Below are positions 38,301-50,076 of a stretch of DNA of 64,000 nucleotides, piece after piece. The stretch is from Candidatus Parcubacteria bacterium. Lineage in GTDB: Bacteria > Patescibacteriota > Patescibacteriia > UBA1558 > GWA2-36-10. The number at the start of each line of letters is the position of its first letter. Within the stretch, counting starts at the first letter, position 1. The stretch is taken from positions 14,068 to 78,067 of the forward strand of contig JABJNO010000002.1 of the NCBI GenBank assembly GCA_018664825.1, read 5' to 3'. The position numbers and the translations under genes were made by a program. Under the pieces are notes generated by a model. It was not told the origin of the DNA. It saw only the letters and a list, made by a program, of their open reading frames with translations, and searched no databases.

Positions 38301-39326
38301 TTAAAATAATTGATTCTGCTCTTTTTCTTGATTTTTGGTGGCTTCTAGATATTCATAAGTTTTTTCAGTGGCTACTCTGCCCTTGGAAGTTCGTGACAAA
38401 AATCCAAGTTGCATCAAATATGGTTCAAATATTTCTTCGATAGTACCTGATTCTTCTTGTAGGGCGGCAGCTAAGGTACCTATTCCTACTGGACCACCAG
38501 CAAAATTTTCTACCAATACCTTGAGTAGCTTTCTATCTAGATCATCCAAGCCGTGTTTATCTATGGCCATAAGATTCAAGGCTTTTTTGGTGACATCCAA
38601 AGATACATCTCCACCCGCTTTGACCTGAGCATAATCTCTAACTCTTTTTAAAATACGGTTAGCAATACGAGGAGTAGCTCTACTACGACTAGCAATCTCC
38701 ATTTGAGCTTGACCTTCTATTGGCACAGCCAAAATATCAGCTGATCTTTTTACTATATCCGCTAGCTCATCATGATCATAAAAATTGAGTCTAAATGTCA
38801 CTCCAAATCTGTCTCGAAGTGGTGATGAAATAAGATTGTATCTAGTGGTTGCACCAATGATTGTAAATCTTGGTAAATCCAATCTAAGAATCTGAGCTGA
38901 CGGACCTTTGCCGAGGATAATATCAAGTGCAAAATCTTCCATGGCTGGATAAAGTATTTCTTCAATGGTTTTGTTTAATCTGTGTATCTCATCAATAAAT
39001 AAAATATCTCCATCTTGTAAATTTGTAATGATGGCCGCCAAATCACCAGCTTTTGATATAGCTGGGCCAGAAGTGACCTTGATGCCCACTCCCATTTCCT
39101 TGGCTATGATGTGAGCTAGGGTAGTTTTACCAAGTCCAGGAGGTCCAAACAATAAGACATGGTCAACAGCTTCTTTTCTTTCTTTGGCAGCTCTCAATAC
39201 AATATCAAGATTGGCCTTTATTTTTGTTTGGCCTATGTATTCATCCAAAGTCTGAGGCCTTAGAGTCAGGTCCCAGGTTTTGTCATTATTTTGCTCACTA
39301 GCTGATATTATACGTTCTTCATCCAT
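38301..39326 (-). CDS. ruvB: Holliday junction branch migration helicase RuvB
   Basis: [38 protein letters not shown]. Confidence 0.97.
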   Translation of the reverse strand: MDEERIISASEQNNDKTWDLTLRPQTLDEYIGQTKIKANLDIVLRAAKERKEAVDHVLLFGPPGLGKTTLAHIIAKEMGVGIKVTSGPAISKAGDLAAIITNLQDGDILFIDEIHRLNKTIEEILYPAMEDFALDIILGKGPSAQILRLDLPRFTIIGATTRYNLISSPLRDRFGVTFRLNFYDHDELADIVKRSADILAVPIEGQAQMEIASRSRATPRIANRILKRVRDYAQVKAGGDVSLDVTKKALNLMAIDKHGLDDLDRKLLKVLVENFAGGPVGIGTLAAALQEESGTIEEIFEPYLMQLGFLSRTSKGRVATEKTYEYLEATKNQEKEQNQLF

Positions 39327-39370
39327 AGTATTTACAAGATTATCACTAATTTTAAAGATTTACAAGCAAT

Positions 39371-39399
39371 AAAAAATCCCCGTATAGACGGGGATTTTT
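39371..39399 (-). terminator. Terminator after gyrA
   Basis: AAAAATCCCCGT..ACGGGGATTTTT. Confidence 0.8.
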
Positions 39400-39400
39400 G

Positions 39401-41974
39401 TTATATAAATGTTACAGAAGATACTTTATCATCTTGATCCTTGAATCTCATCAATCTCACACCCTGGGTCGCTCGACCCAAGACATTTACTGATTTGAGA
39501 GGCAATCTGATGACTTGTCCTTTTTTGGAAATAATAATCATATCCTCACCCTCTAATTTTGTGCTAATAATCTTGGCAGAGGCAAGATCTCCAGTTTTGG
39601 CGGTCACTTGAGCTGTTTTGATGCCACTACCTCCTCTGCCCTGGACTTTGTAGGCAGACAAAGAAGTACGTTTACCAAATCCATTGTCAGTCACAACCAG
39701 TAGTTGCTCTTCTTTACCAACCTTTCCATCTGGCACTATATCTACTCCGATTACCAAATCTTCTTTTTTCAAACGGATAGCTCTGACACCTCCAGCTGAT
39801 CTACCCATAGCTCTGACATTTTTTTCTTTAAAGCGTATAGCTTGACCCTTGATGGTGGCTAACACTATATCATCACCTCCGGTAGATGGCTTGACCCAGT
39901 TTAGAGTATCATCACCTTTTAGGTTGATGGCAATTAGCCCAGAACGTCGAACGTTTGCAAATTGTTCAACGGCTACTCTTTTGATATTACCTTTTTTGGT
40001 AGCCATGACCAAAAATTTGAAATCATCAAAATCTTCGCTTTGCAATATTCCAGAAACTTTTTCTTCTGGAGAAAGTTGTAAGAAGTTTACGATATTTTGT
40101 CCCTTTGATGTCCTTGATTGAGAAGGTACCTCATAAGCCTTGAGTCGGAATACACGTCCTCGACTTGTAAAGAACATCAAGTCAGCATGAGTATTGGTAG
40201 TAAAAAATAAATGTACTTCATCTTGCTCTTTGGTAGTAAGTCCCATGACTCCTTTTCCACCTCTACTCTGAGTACGGAAAGTCTCGGGAGCAATACGTTT
40301 GATATAGCCATCATGAGTCATCAATATCACAGCTGCTTCATTTGGAATCAAATCCTCTGTGGTCATCTTATCAACCGCTGATTTGACCACCTTGGTTCTT
40401 CTTTCATCGGCAAACTTATCTCTAATCTCAGAAAGCTCAGTACTGATAATTTCCAAAACTTTTTTCTTACTCTTTAGAATTGCTTCCAATTCTTTGATGA
40501 GTTTTAATTTTTCTTTTAGCTCATCTTCAATCTTGAGTCTTTCCAAATTAGCCAAACTTTGTAGCTTCATTTCCAAAATAGCTACAGCCTGACGTTCAGA
40601 AAGTTTAAATTTCTTCATCAAATTTGTCTTGGCGATTTCTTTGTCTTTGGAAGCCTTGATAGTCTTGATGATTGCATCAATTTTGTCTAAAGCTTTTTTC
40701 AAACCTTCCAAAATATGCGCCCTATCTTTGGCTTTATCAAGTTCAAATTGAGTTCTACGCACCACGACACTTTGACGATGTTTTATATACTCTTCCAAAA
40801 TTGATTTTAGATTTAAAACTCTAGGTTGAATGCCGTCTATCAGAGCCAGCATATTGACGTGAAATTTTTCCTGAAGTTGAGTATGTTTATACAAGTTGTT
40901 TAAAACTTTTTTGGGATAAGCATCTTTTTTGAGATCCACTACAATTCTGACTCCATCTCTATCTGACTCATCTCTCAAATCTCTGATGCCATCCATTTTT
41001 TTATCTTTCACCAAATTGGCAATTTTTTCCAAAAGATTGGCTTTGTTTACTTGAAAAGGAATAGAAGAAGCTATAATTTGAAAGTAACCTGCTTTTTGCT
41101 CAATAATTTCTGCTTCTCCACGAACAACAATGCCGCCTTTACCAGTGGCATAGGCTGTTTTTATGTCTTCTATATTATAAATTACTCCTCCAGTTGGAAA
41201 ATCTGGTCCTTTGACGATATCCGTCAAATCATCTAGACCCGCATCTGGATTCTCTATTAATAAATGCACTGCATCAATCAATTCTCCCAAGTTGTGCGGT
41301 GGGATACTAGTAGCCATACCAACTGCAATACCAGTGGTACCGTTGAGTAATAGGTTTGGTAATTTGGCTGGTAATACCCTTGGCTCTTTATGTGAACCAT
41401 CATAGTTTGGTACAAAATCAACTGTATTTTTATCGATATCAATTATAAGCTCTTCTGCTAGTGCTTGTAGTTTTGCCTCGGTATAACGCATAGCCGCTGG
41501 ATTATCTCCATCCATAGAACCGAAGTTACCCTGACCATTTACAAGCATATAACGCATAGAAAAATCCTGCGCCATCCTAGCCATAGAATTGTAAACCGCA
41601 AGATCACCATGTGGATGATATTTACCCAAAACTTCACCGACTACAGTCGCTGATTTTCTAAATTTAGCATTATGCTTCAAGCCTATGCGCCACATCGCAT
41701 AAAGAATACGACGATGGACTGGTTTGAGACCATCTCGAACATCGGGTAAAGCACGAGAAACAATTACGCTCATCGCATAATCAATATAAGAACTCTCCAT
41801 CTCTTCTACAATGGACAATGGCTCAACTGTTCCTTGATTATTCTTGATTACTACTTCTGGTTTTTCCTTTACCTCTGTCTCTGCTTTAGCAGTGGCTTTT
41901 TTTGGTTTGGTTTCCTCGGTAGTTTTCTTTGTTGTTTTTTTGATCGGTTTCTTGCTGGTTGGTTTTTTTGGCAT
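39401..41974 (-). CDS. gyrA: DNA gyrase subunit A
   Basis: [30 protein letters not shown], GyrA-box QSRGGKG; start at ATG 41974 (MPKKPT). Confidence 0.97.
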   Translation of the reverse strand: MPKKPTSKKPIKKTTKKTTEETKPKKATAKAETEVKEKPEVVIKNNQGTVEPLSIVEEMESSYIDYAMSVIVSRALPDVRDGLKPVHRRILYAMWRIGLKHNAKFRKSATVVGEVLGKYHPHGDLAVYNSMARMAQDFSMRYMLVNGQGNFGSMDGDNPAAMRYTEAKLQALAEELIIDIDKNTVDFVPNYDGSHKEPRVLPAKLPNLLLNGTTGIAVGMATSIPPHNLGELIDAVHLLIENPDAGLDDLTDIVKGPDFPTGGVIYNIEDIKTAYATGKGGIVVRGEAEIIEQKAGYFQIIASSIPFQVNKANLLEKIANLVKDKKMDGIRDLRDESDRDGVRIVVDLKKDAYPKKVLNNLYKHTQLQEKFHVNMLALIDGIQPRVLNLKSILEEYIKHRQSVVVRRTQFELDKAKDRAHILEGLKKALDKIDAIIKTIKASKDKEIAKTNLMKKFKLSERQAVAILEMKLQSLANLERLKIEDELKEKLKLIKELEAILKSKKKVLEIISTELSEIRDKFADERRTKVVKSAVDKMTTEDLIPNEAAVILMTHDGYIKRIAPETFRTQSRGGKGVMGLTTKEQDEVHLFFTTNTHADLMFFTSRGRVFRLKAYEVPSQSRTSKGQNIVNFLQLSPEEKVSGILQSEDFDDFKFLVMATKKGNIKRVAVEQFANVRRSGLIAINLKGDDTLNWVKPSTGGDDIVLATIKGQAIRFKEKNVRAMGRSAGGVRAIRLKKEDLVIGVDIVPDGKVGKEEQLLVVTDNGFGKRTSLSAYKVQGRGGSGIKTAQVTAKTGDLASAKIISTKLEGEDMIIISKKGQVIRLPLKSVNVLGRATQGVRLMRFKDQDDKVSSVTFI

Positions 41975-41975
41975 A

Positions 41976-42320
41976 TTATTCTTCATCATCATTATTTGTG
42001 TCGCCATCATCAGTTGATGTGGCCTTGTTATCTAAATATTCTTGAGTACTATCTAATAGCTCTTGTTGTTTTTGCTGTCTGGCAAAATCTTCTGGAAATT
42101 CAGATATTTTATCTAGCCCTATCTCCAGATCGGTGCCGACAATATCAAGAGTCTTACTACCCTCATCGATTACATCTGTCCAAGCCTCCGAAGGCTGACC
42201 AGTGTATGCACGTTTGAGAGGATTAAACTCCCACCATTGCCAAAAAATAGTAGCAAAAAATATAATCACCAGAAATACCATCAAAAATATTTTACCTGGG
42301 TTGTTTTCTAAAAAAATCAT
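41976..42320 (-). CDS. Hypothetical single-TM protein
   Basis: N-terminal TM and acidic tail; abuts gyrA and overlaps upstream stop. Confidence 0.7.
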   Translation of the reverse strand: MIFLENNPGKIFLMVFLVIIFFATIFWQWWEFNPLKRAYTGQPSEAWTDVIDEGSKTLDIVGTDLEIGLDKISEFPEDFARQQKQQELLDSTQEYLDNKATSTDDGDTNNDDEE

Positions 42321-42925
42321 TTTTGTGATTTTAATATAATTAATTTTACATCTTCAGTTTGAAGATCTTTCTTGTTTATTTTTATTTTGTCCAATTCTTC
42401 TGCCTTGCCACCAAACTCTTTTATAAAAATAGACACATCATCAAGCTTCATCTTACTAGGATTGTCTGCGTGACAACTAGGTATCACTATCCGTGGCTCT
42501 ATTTGATTGACAATACGAATTGCTTCTTTGGCACTAGTCAGGTCTCCGCCACCTACAGGTAAAATCAAAACATCCACTCCTTCGATAAGTTCCAGGTCAC
42601 TATTTTCTAATTCATGATGACCAAACTCACCTAAAAAGGCTATTTTGATTCCTTCGAAGTTTATAAGATAGCAAAGGTGCTTACGAATATTTTTACCATA
42701 AACAAAGATGTCATTCTTTTCGTACTCACCTTGAGAATCAATAACTAGTGTTTGATTGTCTAAATATTTTTTTATTTCCGGTCTATTGGGATCAGAAAAT
42801 AAAACTAAATCTTTTTTTACCTTACTAAAAGTAGTCTTTTCGTCCAGGCTGTATGGATTTAAGATTAGGGAATGGCTAGTATTTTGAAACTTGAAATAAT
42901 TGAATCCAAACCAAGAAATTGTCAT
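42317..42925 (-). CDS. Metallo-beta-lactamase-fold protein (probably degenerate metal site)
   Basis: MTISWFG, GEYE, DVLILPVGG, IEPRIVIP; HxHxDH not evident. Confidence 0.75.
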   Translation of the reverse strand: MTISWFGFNYFKFQNTSHSLILNPYSLDEKTTFSKVKKDLVLFSDPNRPEIKKYLDNQTLVIDSQGEYEKNDIFVYGKNIRKHLCYLINFEGIKIAFLGEFGHHELENSDLELIEGVDVLILPVGGGDLTSAKEAIRIVNQIEPRIVIPSCHADNPSKMKLDDVSIFIKEFGGKAEELDKIKINKKDLQTEDVKLIILKSQK

Positions 42926-43185
42926 ATTTTTTATCGTTATTTTTAGTATTTTAAACGTTCTTATTTTAGCATAAAAACACCTGAAAGTAAAGCTAAATAT
43001 GGGTATAAAGTCCTTTAAAAATAGGGTTTTTTTGCTCCATTTTCTGGATTTTAGCAAATATCCTCCTAGGTCTTGATTTATTTTTAGGTTTATGGTAATG
43101 TAAGGCAGCATTTAATAAGTTTTCTCGAGCTAAACACACAACTCGAGGGCTCAAGGCTAAGCCTTGGGATAAATATTAATAATTA

Positions 43186-44568
43186 ATGTCAGATGAAAAA
43201 ACAGTCGACCAAAATTCTGCAATGGACGACTTACTAAAGAAGAGCGACGAAATAAACATTCCTAAAAGAGGAGATCTAGTAGAAGGTGCTATAATAAGTA
43301 TCTCTAAAAACGAAATTTATATTGATCTCGCAGGTATCACTACCGGTATTGTACGTGGTAGAGAAATCTACGATGAATCAGAAGAATCATCAAACCTAAA
43401 GCTTGGTGACAAAGCCAGTGCTACTGTTGTCGGATTAGACAATGAAAATGGCTACATGGAATTATCTTTCCGTGAAGCTGGGCATAAAAAAGCTTGGGAT
43501 AATCTTGAAAAACTTTATAAAGAAGGAAACATTGTTGATAGTAAAGTTATTGATGCCAATAAAGGTGGCTTGATGATAAAACTAGGTAATGTAGTAGGAT
43601 TTTTACCTGTTTCACAATTGACTATAGAACACTACCCTCGTATCGAAGGTGGTGATAAAAATAAAATTCTCGCTCATCTAAAGAGCTTCGTCAGTGATGT
43701 ATTGAAGACAAAAATCATTGATGTAAATGAGAAAGAAGAAAAACTCATCGTCTCAGAAAAAGCTGCTTGGGATGATAAACAAAAGAAAGTTGTATCAAAA
43801 TACAAAGTTGGTGAAAAAGTAAAAGGAAGAGTTACTGGTGTTGTTGATTTTGGTGCTTTTGTAGAGTTTGGCGACAACCTAGAAGGTTTGGTCCATATCT
43901 CAGAACTTGCTTGGCAACGTATTGATGATCCACGTGATATAATAAAAGTAGGCGATATCGTAGAAGCTGAAATTATTGATATTGAAAATACCAAAATTTC
44001 ACTTTCAATGAAAAAATTGAAAGAAGATCCTTGGACAAACGTAGAAAAGAAATACAAAGTTGGACAAACAGTAAAAGGCCTAGTACTCAAAGTAAATCCT
44101 TTTGGTGCTTTTGTAGAGCTAGACAATGATATCCATGGTTTGGTACATATTTCTGAGCTTAGCAACAAAAAAGTAAATGATCCTGAAAATTTAGTAGCAG
44201 TAGATAATGAATATAAATTTACTATTCTTTCTATAGAGCCCAAAAATCATAGACTTGGTTTATCTCTAAAAACCGACAAAAAATCAAAAGACGACAAGAA
44301 GGATTCCGAGGATAAAAAAGATTCTAAAAAGTCTGATGATAAAAAAGAAGTAAAAGAAGATAAGGCCAAAGAAAAAGATACCAAGAAAGACGACAAGAAG
44401 GATTCCGAGGATAAAAAAGATTCTAAAAAGTCTGATGATAAAAAAGAAGTAAAAGAAGATAAAGAATCATCTACCCCTAAGGCTGAAAAAGAAGATAAGG
44501 CCAAAGAAAAAGATACCAAGAAAGACGACAAGAAGGATTCCGAGGATAAAGAAGACTCTAAAAAATAA
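43186..44568 (+). CDS. rpsA: 30S ribosomal protein S1 (four S1 domains) with K/D/E-rich repeat tail
   Basis: DANKGGL, GFLPVSQ, FGAFVE..GLVHISEL repeats. Confidence 0.92.
   Translation: MSDEKTVDQNSAMDDLLKKSDEINIPKRGDLVEGAIISISKNEIYIDLAGITTGIVRGREIYDESEESSNLKLGDKASATVVGLDNENGYMELSFREAGHKKAWDNLEKLYKEGNIVDSKVIDANKGGLMIKLGNVVGFLPVSQLTIEHYPRIEGGDKNKILAHLKSFVSDVLKTKIIDVNEKEEKLIVSEKAAWDDKQKKVVSKYKVGEKVKGRVTGVVDFGAFVEFGDNLEGLVHISELAWQRIDDPRDIIKVGDIVEAEIIDIENTKISLSMKKLKEDPWTNVEKKYKVGQTVKGLVLKVNPFGAFVELDNDIHGLVHISELSNKKVNDPENLVAVDNEYKFTILSIEPKNHRLGLSLKTDKKSKDDKKDSEDKKDSKKSDDKKEVKEDKAKEKDTKKDDKKDSEDKKDSKKSDDKKEVKEDKESSTPKAEKEDKAKEKDTKKDDKKDSEDKEDSKK
44290..44565 (+). repeat. Near-perfect tandem repeat in rpsA tail
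   Basis: GACGACAAGAAGGATTCCGAGGATAAA recurs at 44290, 44389, 44524 (99- and 135-bp spacing). Confidence 0.9.
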
Positions 44569-44590
44569 ATCAAATAATTAAATTTGAAAT

Positions 44591-46399
44591 ATGAAGGAAA
44601 TATTAAAAAAGTTTGCAATCTTTTTCCTGTTTTTTGCAATTATTGCAGCTATATTTAGTTTTTTTAGCCAAGAAAATGAAGACATTAATGAAATTAGTGT
44701 CGCTGCCTTGGTTTCAGAAATAAAAAATAACGAAGTCGAGTCAATCCAGATATCTGGAAACGAACTTGATATAACTCTAAAAAACGAAGAAAAACAGTTT
44801 AGTAAAAAAGAAACTGGTGAATCTTTGACTACGGTACTCAAAAACTATGACGTACCAGCAGAAACAATTGCTGGTATTGATATAAAAGTTGGTGATGAAC
44901 CAAGCTCTGGTATGTTTGTTAGTACCATCTTACCTTTTGTTATACCTGCTTTGTTTATTATTGCTTTGATCTGGTTTATGCTACGCCAAGTACAAGGTGT
45001 AAACAACCGAGCTATGACTTTTGGACAAAGTGGAGCCAAAACAGCCAATCAACAAAAAAATAAAGTTAGCTTCAAAGATGTAGCTGGAGCCCACGAAGCC
45101 AAAGAGGATCTTTTGGAAATTGTAGAGTTTTTGAAACATCCACAAAAGTTTGTCACTATGGGTGCCAAGATTCCAAAAGGAGTTTTACTTTTGGGCTCAC
45201 CTGGTACTGGTAAGACATTACTTGCTCGTGCTACCTCCGGTGAAGCCAAGGTGCCTTTTTTCCATATCTCTGGTTCTGAGTTTGTAGAGATGTTTGTCGG
45301 TGTTGGCGCTAGTCGTGTAAGAGACTTGTTCAAAAAAGCCAAAAAAACTGCACCGTGTATTATATTTATAGATGAAATTGATGCTGTCGGTCGCCAACGT
45401 GGCGCTGGACTAGGTGGCTCTCATGATGAAAGAGAGCAAACCCTAAACCAAATCTTGGTTGAGATGGACGGTTTTGACAATGAAACAAATGTAATAATTT
45501 TAGCGGCCACAAATAGACCTGACGTACTAGACCCTGCTCTACTTCGCCCAGGACGTTTTGACAGACAAGTAATAATTGACCTACCTGACATCAAAGAAAG
45601 AAAAGCAATTTTAGATATCCACGCTAAAGGTAAACCATTGGCCAAAGGTGTTGATCTAAAAGTAGTAGCTCAACGTACACCTGGATTTTCTGGAGCTGAT
45701 CTAGCTAATCTTTTGAACGAAGCCGCTATCATGGCCGCTCGTGATGATAAAAAGGTTATTGATGAACCTACTGTCCTTGATGCCATAGAAAGAGTGTTAC
45801 TTGGTCGTGAAAGACGTAGCCATATATTATCTGAAAAGGAAAAAAAAGTGACCGCTTATCACGAAGCTGGACATGCCCTGGTTGCTCATCTGTTACCAAA
45901 TGCTGACCCTGTCCATAAAGTATCTATTATATCTCGTGGACGAGCAGCTGGCTATACTATCAACCTTCCAAAAGAAGACAAAAAGATGAGCACTTACTCT
46001 GACTTTCTAGATCAGATGGCTGTACTACTTGGTGGTTATGCTGCTGAAAAAATATTTTTCAATGAGCTAACAACTGGTGCTAGTGGTGATTTGAAAAAAA
46101 TTACTCACATTGCCCGCCAATTGACTACTCAATTTGGTATGAATGAAAAACTAGGCCCAAGGACTTTTGGTAAAAAAGATGAGATGGTTTTCCTGGGTAA
46201 AGAAATCCATGAAAGCAGAGACTATAGTGAAAAGACTGCCGAGGCTATTGATGAGGAAATATCAAAATATATTAACGATGCTCTCAAGACTGCCAATAAG
46301 GTAATTGAAGAAAATAAGGATAAGATAGAAAAGATAGTTGCCGAATTGATGGAAAAAGAAACAATAGAAAAAGATACTTTCAACGAATTACTAAAATAA
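44591..46399 (+). CDS. ftsH: ATP-dependent zinc metalloprotease FtsH
   Basis: Two [32 protein letters not shown]. Confidence 0.97.
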   Translation: MKEILKKFAIFFLFFAIIAAIFSFFSQENEDINEISVAALVSEIKNNEVESIQISGNELDITLKNEEKQFSKKETGESLTTVLKNYDVPAETIAGIDIKVGDEPSSGMFVSTILPFVIPALFIIALIWFMLRQVQGVNNRAMTFGQSGAKTANQQKNKVSFKDVAGAHEAKEDLLEIVEFLKHPQKFVTMGAKIPKGVLLLGSPGTGKTLLARATSGEAKVPFFHISGSEFVEMFVGVGASRVRDLFKKAKKTAPCIIFIDEIDAVGRQRGAGLGGSHDEREQTLNQILVEMDGFDNETNVIILAATNRPDVLDPALLRPGRFDRQVIIDLPDIKERKAILDIHAKGKPLAKGVDLKVVAQRTPGFSGADLANLLNEAAIMAARDDKKVIDEPTVLDAIERVLLGRERRSHILSEKEKKVTAYHEAGHALVAHLLPNADPVHKVSIISRGRAAGYTINLPKEDKKMSTYSDFLDQMAVLLGGYAAEKIFFNELTTGASGDLKKITHIARQLTTQFGMNEKLGPRTFGKKDEMVFLGKEIHESRDYSEKTAEAIDEEISKYINDALKTANKVIEENKDKIEKIVAELMEKETIEKDTFNELLK

Positions 46400-46401
46400 A
46401 C

Positions 46402-46427
46402 AAACGCCTCCACTCGGAGGCGTTTTT
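46402..46427 (+). terminator. Terminator after ftsH
   Basis: AAACGCCTCC-ACTC-GGAGGCGTTTTT. Confidence 0.8.
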
Positions 46428-46460
46428 GATTTATTTAAAATATTCCGCTAAACTATATAT

Positions 46461-46889
46461 ATGAAAAAAGGACAAGACTATACTGGTGTGACAATCGTAT
46501 ATTTTTGCCATGATGGTAAAGGTAATTTTCTGATGTCCAAGAGGTCTACCAACTGCCGAGATGAACATGGTTGTTGGGATCCTGGTGGTGGTGGATTAGA
46601 ATTTGGTCATGATGTCATAGAGACTTTAAAAAAAGAAATAAAAGAAGAATACTGTACCGATGTATTGGATCATGAATTTCTAGGCTACCGAGATGTCCAT
46701 AGAAAGCACGATGGCAAAAAGACCCATTGGATAGCACTCGACTTCAAGGTACTAGTAGATAAAGATAAAGTAAAAAATGGCGAGCCTCATAAATTTGATG
46801 AAATAGACTGGTTTAAAATAAATAAGCTCCCTAAACCTACTCATTCACAAGTTCCAAAAGCCTTAGAGCTATATAAAGATAACCTGTAA
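46461..46889 (+). CDS. NUDIX hydrolase
   Basis: W..GGGGLEFG...ETLKKEIKEE Nudix box; EPHK...W. Confidence 0.85.
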   Translation: MKKGQDYTGVTIVYFCHDGKGNFLMSKRSTNCRDEHGCWDPGGGGLEFGHDVIETLKKEIKEEYCTDVLDHEFLGYRDVHRKHDGKKTHWIALDFKVLVDKDKVKNGEPHKFDEIDWFKINKLPKPTHSQVPKALELYKDNL

Positions 46890-46899
46890 TGTAGATAAT

Positions 46900-47988
46900 A
46901 TGAAACTTTTTTCTTCATTAAAAATTTTGGATCTCACGAGAGTTTTTAGCGGACCTTTTGCAACAAGGCACTTTGCTGATTTTGGAGCAGAGGTAATAAA
47001 AATTGAACCACCCAAAGGGGATGACAGTCGCAATTTTCCACCACTCATAAACAACTGGAGTGGTTATTTTGAAATTCTAAATCGAAATAAGAAATCATTG
47101 GTTTTAGATTTGAAAAAAAATAAAGATTTAAATATTTTTTATAATCTTTGTAAATCTAGTGATGTTATTGTTGAAAATTATTCTCCTAAAGTTTCAAAAA
47201 AATTAAAAATAGATTACTCAATCGTCAAAAAAATAAACCCTCATATTGTATACGCCTCTATTGTTGGGGTTAGTGACAATGTAAACAAAAAATACTATGA
47301 CGTTATAGCTCAAGCAGAATCTGGTCTGATATCTCTCAATGGCGAAAAAGAGCATATGAAAATATCTACGTCTATTGTTGATGCCTTTTCTGGAATGAAG
47401 CTTGCATATGCTATATCAAGCGCTCTATATACAAGAGAGAAAACGGGTAATGGATGTAAAATTACTGTTTCCATGAAGGGCTCGGCGTTTGATTTACTTG
47501 AGCAAAATTTGATCGCTACTTCAATTTCAAAACAAAATCCTCCAAAGGTTGGTAATATGGATAATGCAATCGCGCCTTTTGGTTTATTTAAAACAAAAGA
47601 CGGTGCTGTTATTATAGCTATTGGAAATGAAAAGCAATGGAAAATATTTGAAAAATTTTTACAGAAAGAAAATAATTTATTTCCAAAACAATATTTTATA
47701 AATAATCAATTAAGATTAAAAAATATTAAAATATTAAAAGTAGAAATAGAAAAAATATTAAAAAAATATTCATCAAATGACTTTTCTACTATTTTAGATA
47801 AACTTGATATTCCAAATGCAAAAGTAAACACCATGACCGATATTATGGCTGACCAAGAAAATTATGATGAAAAATTATTAGAAAAGTTTAAGCATCCTAT
47901 TGCTGGTACAATAGTCGTACCTACGGGAGGAATCAAATTTTCAAAATTCCATAAAGAAAAATACAAAAAATCACCAGATTTAAAATAA
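46900..47988 (+). CDS. Family III CoA-transferase (CaiB/BaiF)
   Basis: ILDLTRVFSGP, DFGAEVIKIEPPKGDDSR, NRNKKS, DVIVENY, YD..AQAESG, IVD catalytic Asp region. Confidence 0.9.
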   Translation: MKLFSSLKILDLTRVFSGPFATRHFADFGAEVIKIEPPKGDDSRNFPPLINNWSGYFEILNRNKKSLVLDLKKNKDLNIFYNLCKSSDVIVENYSPKVSKKLKIDYSIVKKINPHIVYASIVGVSDNVNKKYYDVIAQAESGLISLNGEKEHMKISTSIVDAFSGMKLAYAISSALYTREKTGNGCKITVSMKGSAFDLLEQNLIATSISKQNPPKVGNMDNAIAPFGLFKTKDGAVIIAIGNEKQWKIFEKFLQKENNLFPKQYFINNQLRLKNIKILKVEIEKILKKYSSNDFSTILDKLDIPNAKVNTMTDIMADQENYDEKLLEKFKHPIAGTIVVPTGGIKFSKFHKEKYKKSPDLK

Positions 47989-47993
47989 CGACC

Positions 47994-48890
47994 ATGATCT
48001 TTAGAAAATATCTCAATAAAGACACTACGCAAATTATAAATTTACTAAACAACTGTTTTCCTGCCCGAAATATTTCAGCACAATCTTTTGTCTGGAAACA
48101 TTTTGACAAATTTTTTAATGGTCAAACAGAAAGTTACGTCGCAGAAGAAAATGACAATATACGTGCTTTTGTGTGCTTTGTTCCAATATACATTGGCTAT
48201 CAAGAAAATATACTCAATTACTATTCATGTGCAGTACAAGCCACACATCCCGAATACAGGCGACAAGGGCTTATCACCACGCTTACACAAATGGTTGAAA
48301 AAAAAATGGATAAACAAAGCAACTATATTGGTTTCTCAAATTATGAAGGTGTAAAAATTGATAAACATTCTAAAAAAATTAACTACGATATTATTGGACA
48401 AATGTCTACACGGCACGTCTTATCGTTCCCATACAAAACTGACATTAAATTTATAAAAATACAAAAACTTGATTTAGAAACAAAAAACCAACCATATTAT
48501 AGTATACATAAAAATAAAGATTATTTTGTTTGGAGATATGAAAAAAATCCTAAATGTAAATATGAATATTTTGAAATAAAAGAAAAAAAACAAACCATTG
48601 GATATATCATTTACAAAAAGAAAAAAACAAGATTTGAGGTGCAGGAATTAATGCTAATTGAATCTGACTTTGCAAAATATAATAAAATAATAAAAGCATT
48701 TTCCAGATATGCATTATTAAATGGTAAAATTACCACCTCTTACACATATCTTGATAACAATTTTTGGAAAAATGCATTTTCTGGTATTTCTTTCAAAAAA
48801 AATATTGAAATATACCTAACAATTAAAAGTAAGGATAATAATATAAAAAATCTGGAAAAGTGGTTACTACAAAGAGGAGATATCCAATAA
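47994..48890 (+). CDS. GNAT-family N-acetyltransferase
   Basis: ATHPEYRRQGL acetyl-CoA motif A; WKH and WRY..NP motifs. Confidence 0.8.
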   Translation: MIFRKYLNKDTTQIINLLNNCFPARNISAQSFVWKHFDKFFNGQTESYVAEENDNIRAFVCFVPIYIGYQENILNYYSCAVQATHPEYRRQGLITTLTQMVEKKMDKQSNYIGFSNYEGVKIDKHSKKINYDIIGQMSTRHVLSFPYKTDIKFIKIQKLDLETKNQPYYSIHKNKDYFVWRYEKNPKCKYEYFEIKEKKQTIGYIIYKKKKTRFEVQELMLIESDFAKYNKIIKAFSRYALLNGKITTSYTYLDNNFWKNAFSGISFKKNIEIYLTIKSKDNNIKNLEKWLLQRGDIQ

Positions 48891-48912
48891 CATAAAGATA
48901 AACCCTAATATC

Positions 48913-48944
48913 AAAACTGCCCCTCTTGGCGGTTTTGTTTTTTT
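48913..48944 (+). terminator. Terminator after GNAT gene
   Basis: AAAACTGCC..GGCGGTTTTG plus T tract. Confidence 0.65.
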
Positions 48945-49002
48945 CAAAAAATGTTGTATAATATAGTTAGGAGTGAAAATAAAAATAAATTAAAATAAAA
49001 AT

Positions 49003-49977
49003 ATGGATTCTTTTTACAAAAAGATTTATAAAAAATCTTTCTTAACTGTTAAAAACAACTACAACTTATTGTTTTTTGGCTTATTTGCCTCTATCCTTGG
49101 TTTTTATGAAGTCCGAATTTTACTAAACCTAAACTCTGTCGGTCCTGATTTCTTGAGCTCAAACATAGTCAACTGGGTAAAGATTTTTGCTGTGTTTAGC
49201 ATTAGTGGTATTTCTAGTTTTTCTGTCAGCGGAATAATAACAATGCTTGGCATGTTTATTTTTTCCGCCATCATGATTGTTTTGGCCATATCTTCTCAGG
49301 GAGCATTGATAAACGCTTCTATTGAAAAGGCCAATGGTAAAACTTCAAAATTTAACAAGCACCTACAAATAGGTCTACAAAAATTTTGGCCCTTACTAGG
49401 CCTCAATGTAGTCAATGCTCTGATCGGCTACTTTTTTATTATTTCAGTGGTTGATCCTTTGATTGGATTTATAGCCCTGAGCTCTACTACTTGGGTTATG
49501 TTCCTTATTATGAGTCTAGTCGTCTTCTTCGTACTTATCCCTCTAGTGATTATTTTATCTTTTGTCACTCGTTATGGAGCGGCTTATGTAATACTCAAAG
49601 ACAACAAATTCAAAGACGCTTTCTACAATGGTTGGAATTTGTTCAAAATAAATTGGCTAGTCACTGTTGAAAATGCAATCTTCTTATTATTTGTTACTAT
49701 ATTTTATTTTATAATATTATTGGCTTTACTTGTATTTATATTTACTCCATTCTTGATTTTGGGATTATTCTTAGCTTTCAATATGTATATTTTCTGGTTT
49801 ATCTTTACTATTGGAATATTTTTGGGCGTTATCATATTCTTGGTTGGCACCTCAAAGTTTGGTGCCTACTACAATTTGATATGGGCCAATGTATTTTTGG
49901 AGCTCACAGCCAAAGGCAAAACCTACAGCAAAGTACATCGAGTAGCGCATAAACATATGCCTAAACTTACAAAATAA
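49003..49977 (+). CDS. Hypothetical multi-pass membrane protein
   Basis: About 6 TM helices. Confidence 0.8.
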   Translation: MDSFYKKIYKKSFLTVKNNYNLLFFGLFASILGFYEVRILLNLNSVGPDFLSSNIVNWVKIFAVFSISGISSFSVSGIITMLGMFIFSAIMIVLAISSQGALINASIEKANGKTSKFNKHLQIGLQKFWPLLGLNVVNALIGYFFIISVVDPLIGFIALSSTTWVMFLIMSLVVFFVLIPLVIILSFVTRYGAAYVILKDNKFKDAFYNGWNLFKINWLVTVENAIFLLFVTIFYFIILLALLVFIFTPFLILGLFLAFNMYIFWFIFTIGIFLGVIIFLVGTSKFGAYYNLIWANVFLELTAKGKTYSKVHRVAHKHMPKLTK

Positions 49978-49985
49978 AAAATACC

Positions 49986-50010
49986 AACCCCCGCTAGTCG
50001 GGGGTTTTTT
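49986..50010 (+). terminator. Terminator
   Basis: AACCCCCG-CTAGT-CGGGGGTTTTTT. Confidence 0.8.
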
Positions 50011-50076
50011 AATTGACGTAACACTATCCCATAAAGTATAATGTTTATAGTATAAGTTTTAAAAAATTTTAGAAAA

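Noticed and set aside
42926-43111. Upstream extension of the MBL-fold ORF
   Set aside because: Runs through the divergent promoter region; the family-like sequence starts at MTISWFG.
44247-44639. Ser/Phe/Leu-rich repeat ORF on minus strand; repeats superficially array-like
   Set aside because: Mirror of the rpsA coding repeat; no unique spacers or cas genes, so not CRISPR.
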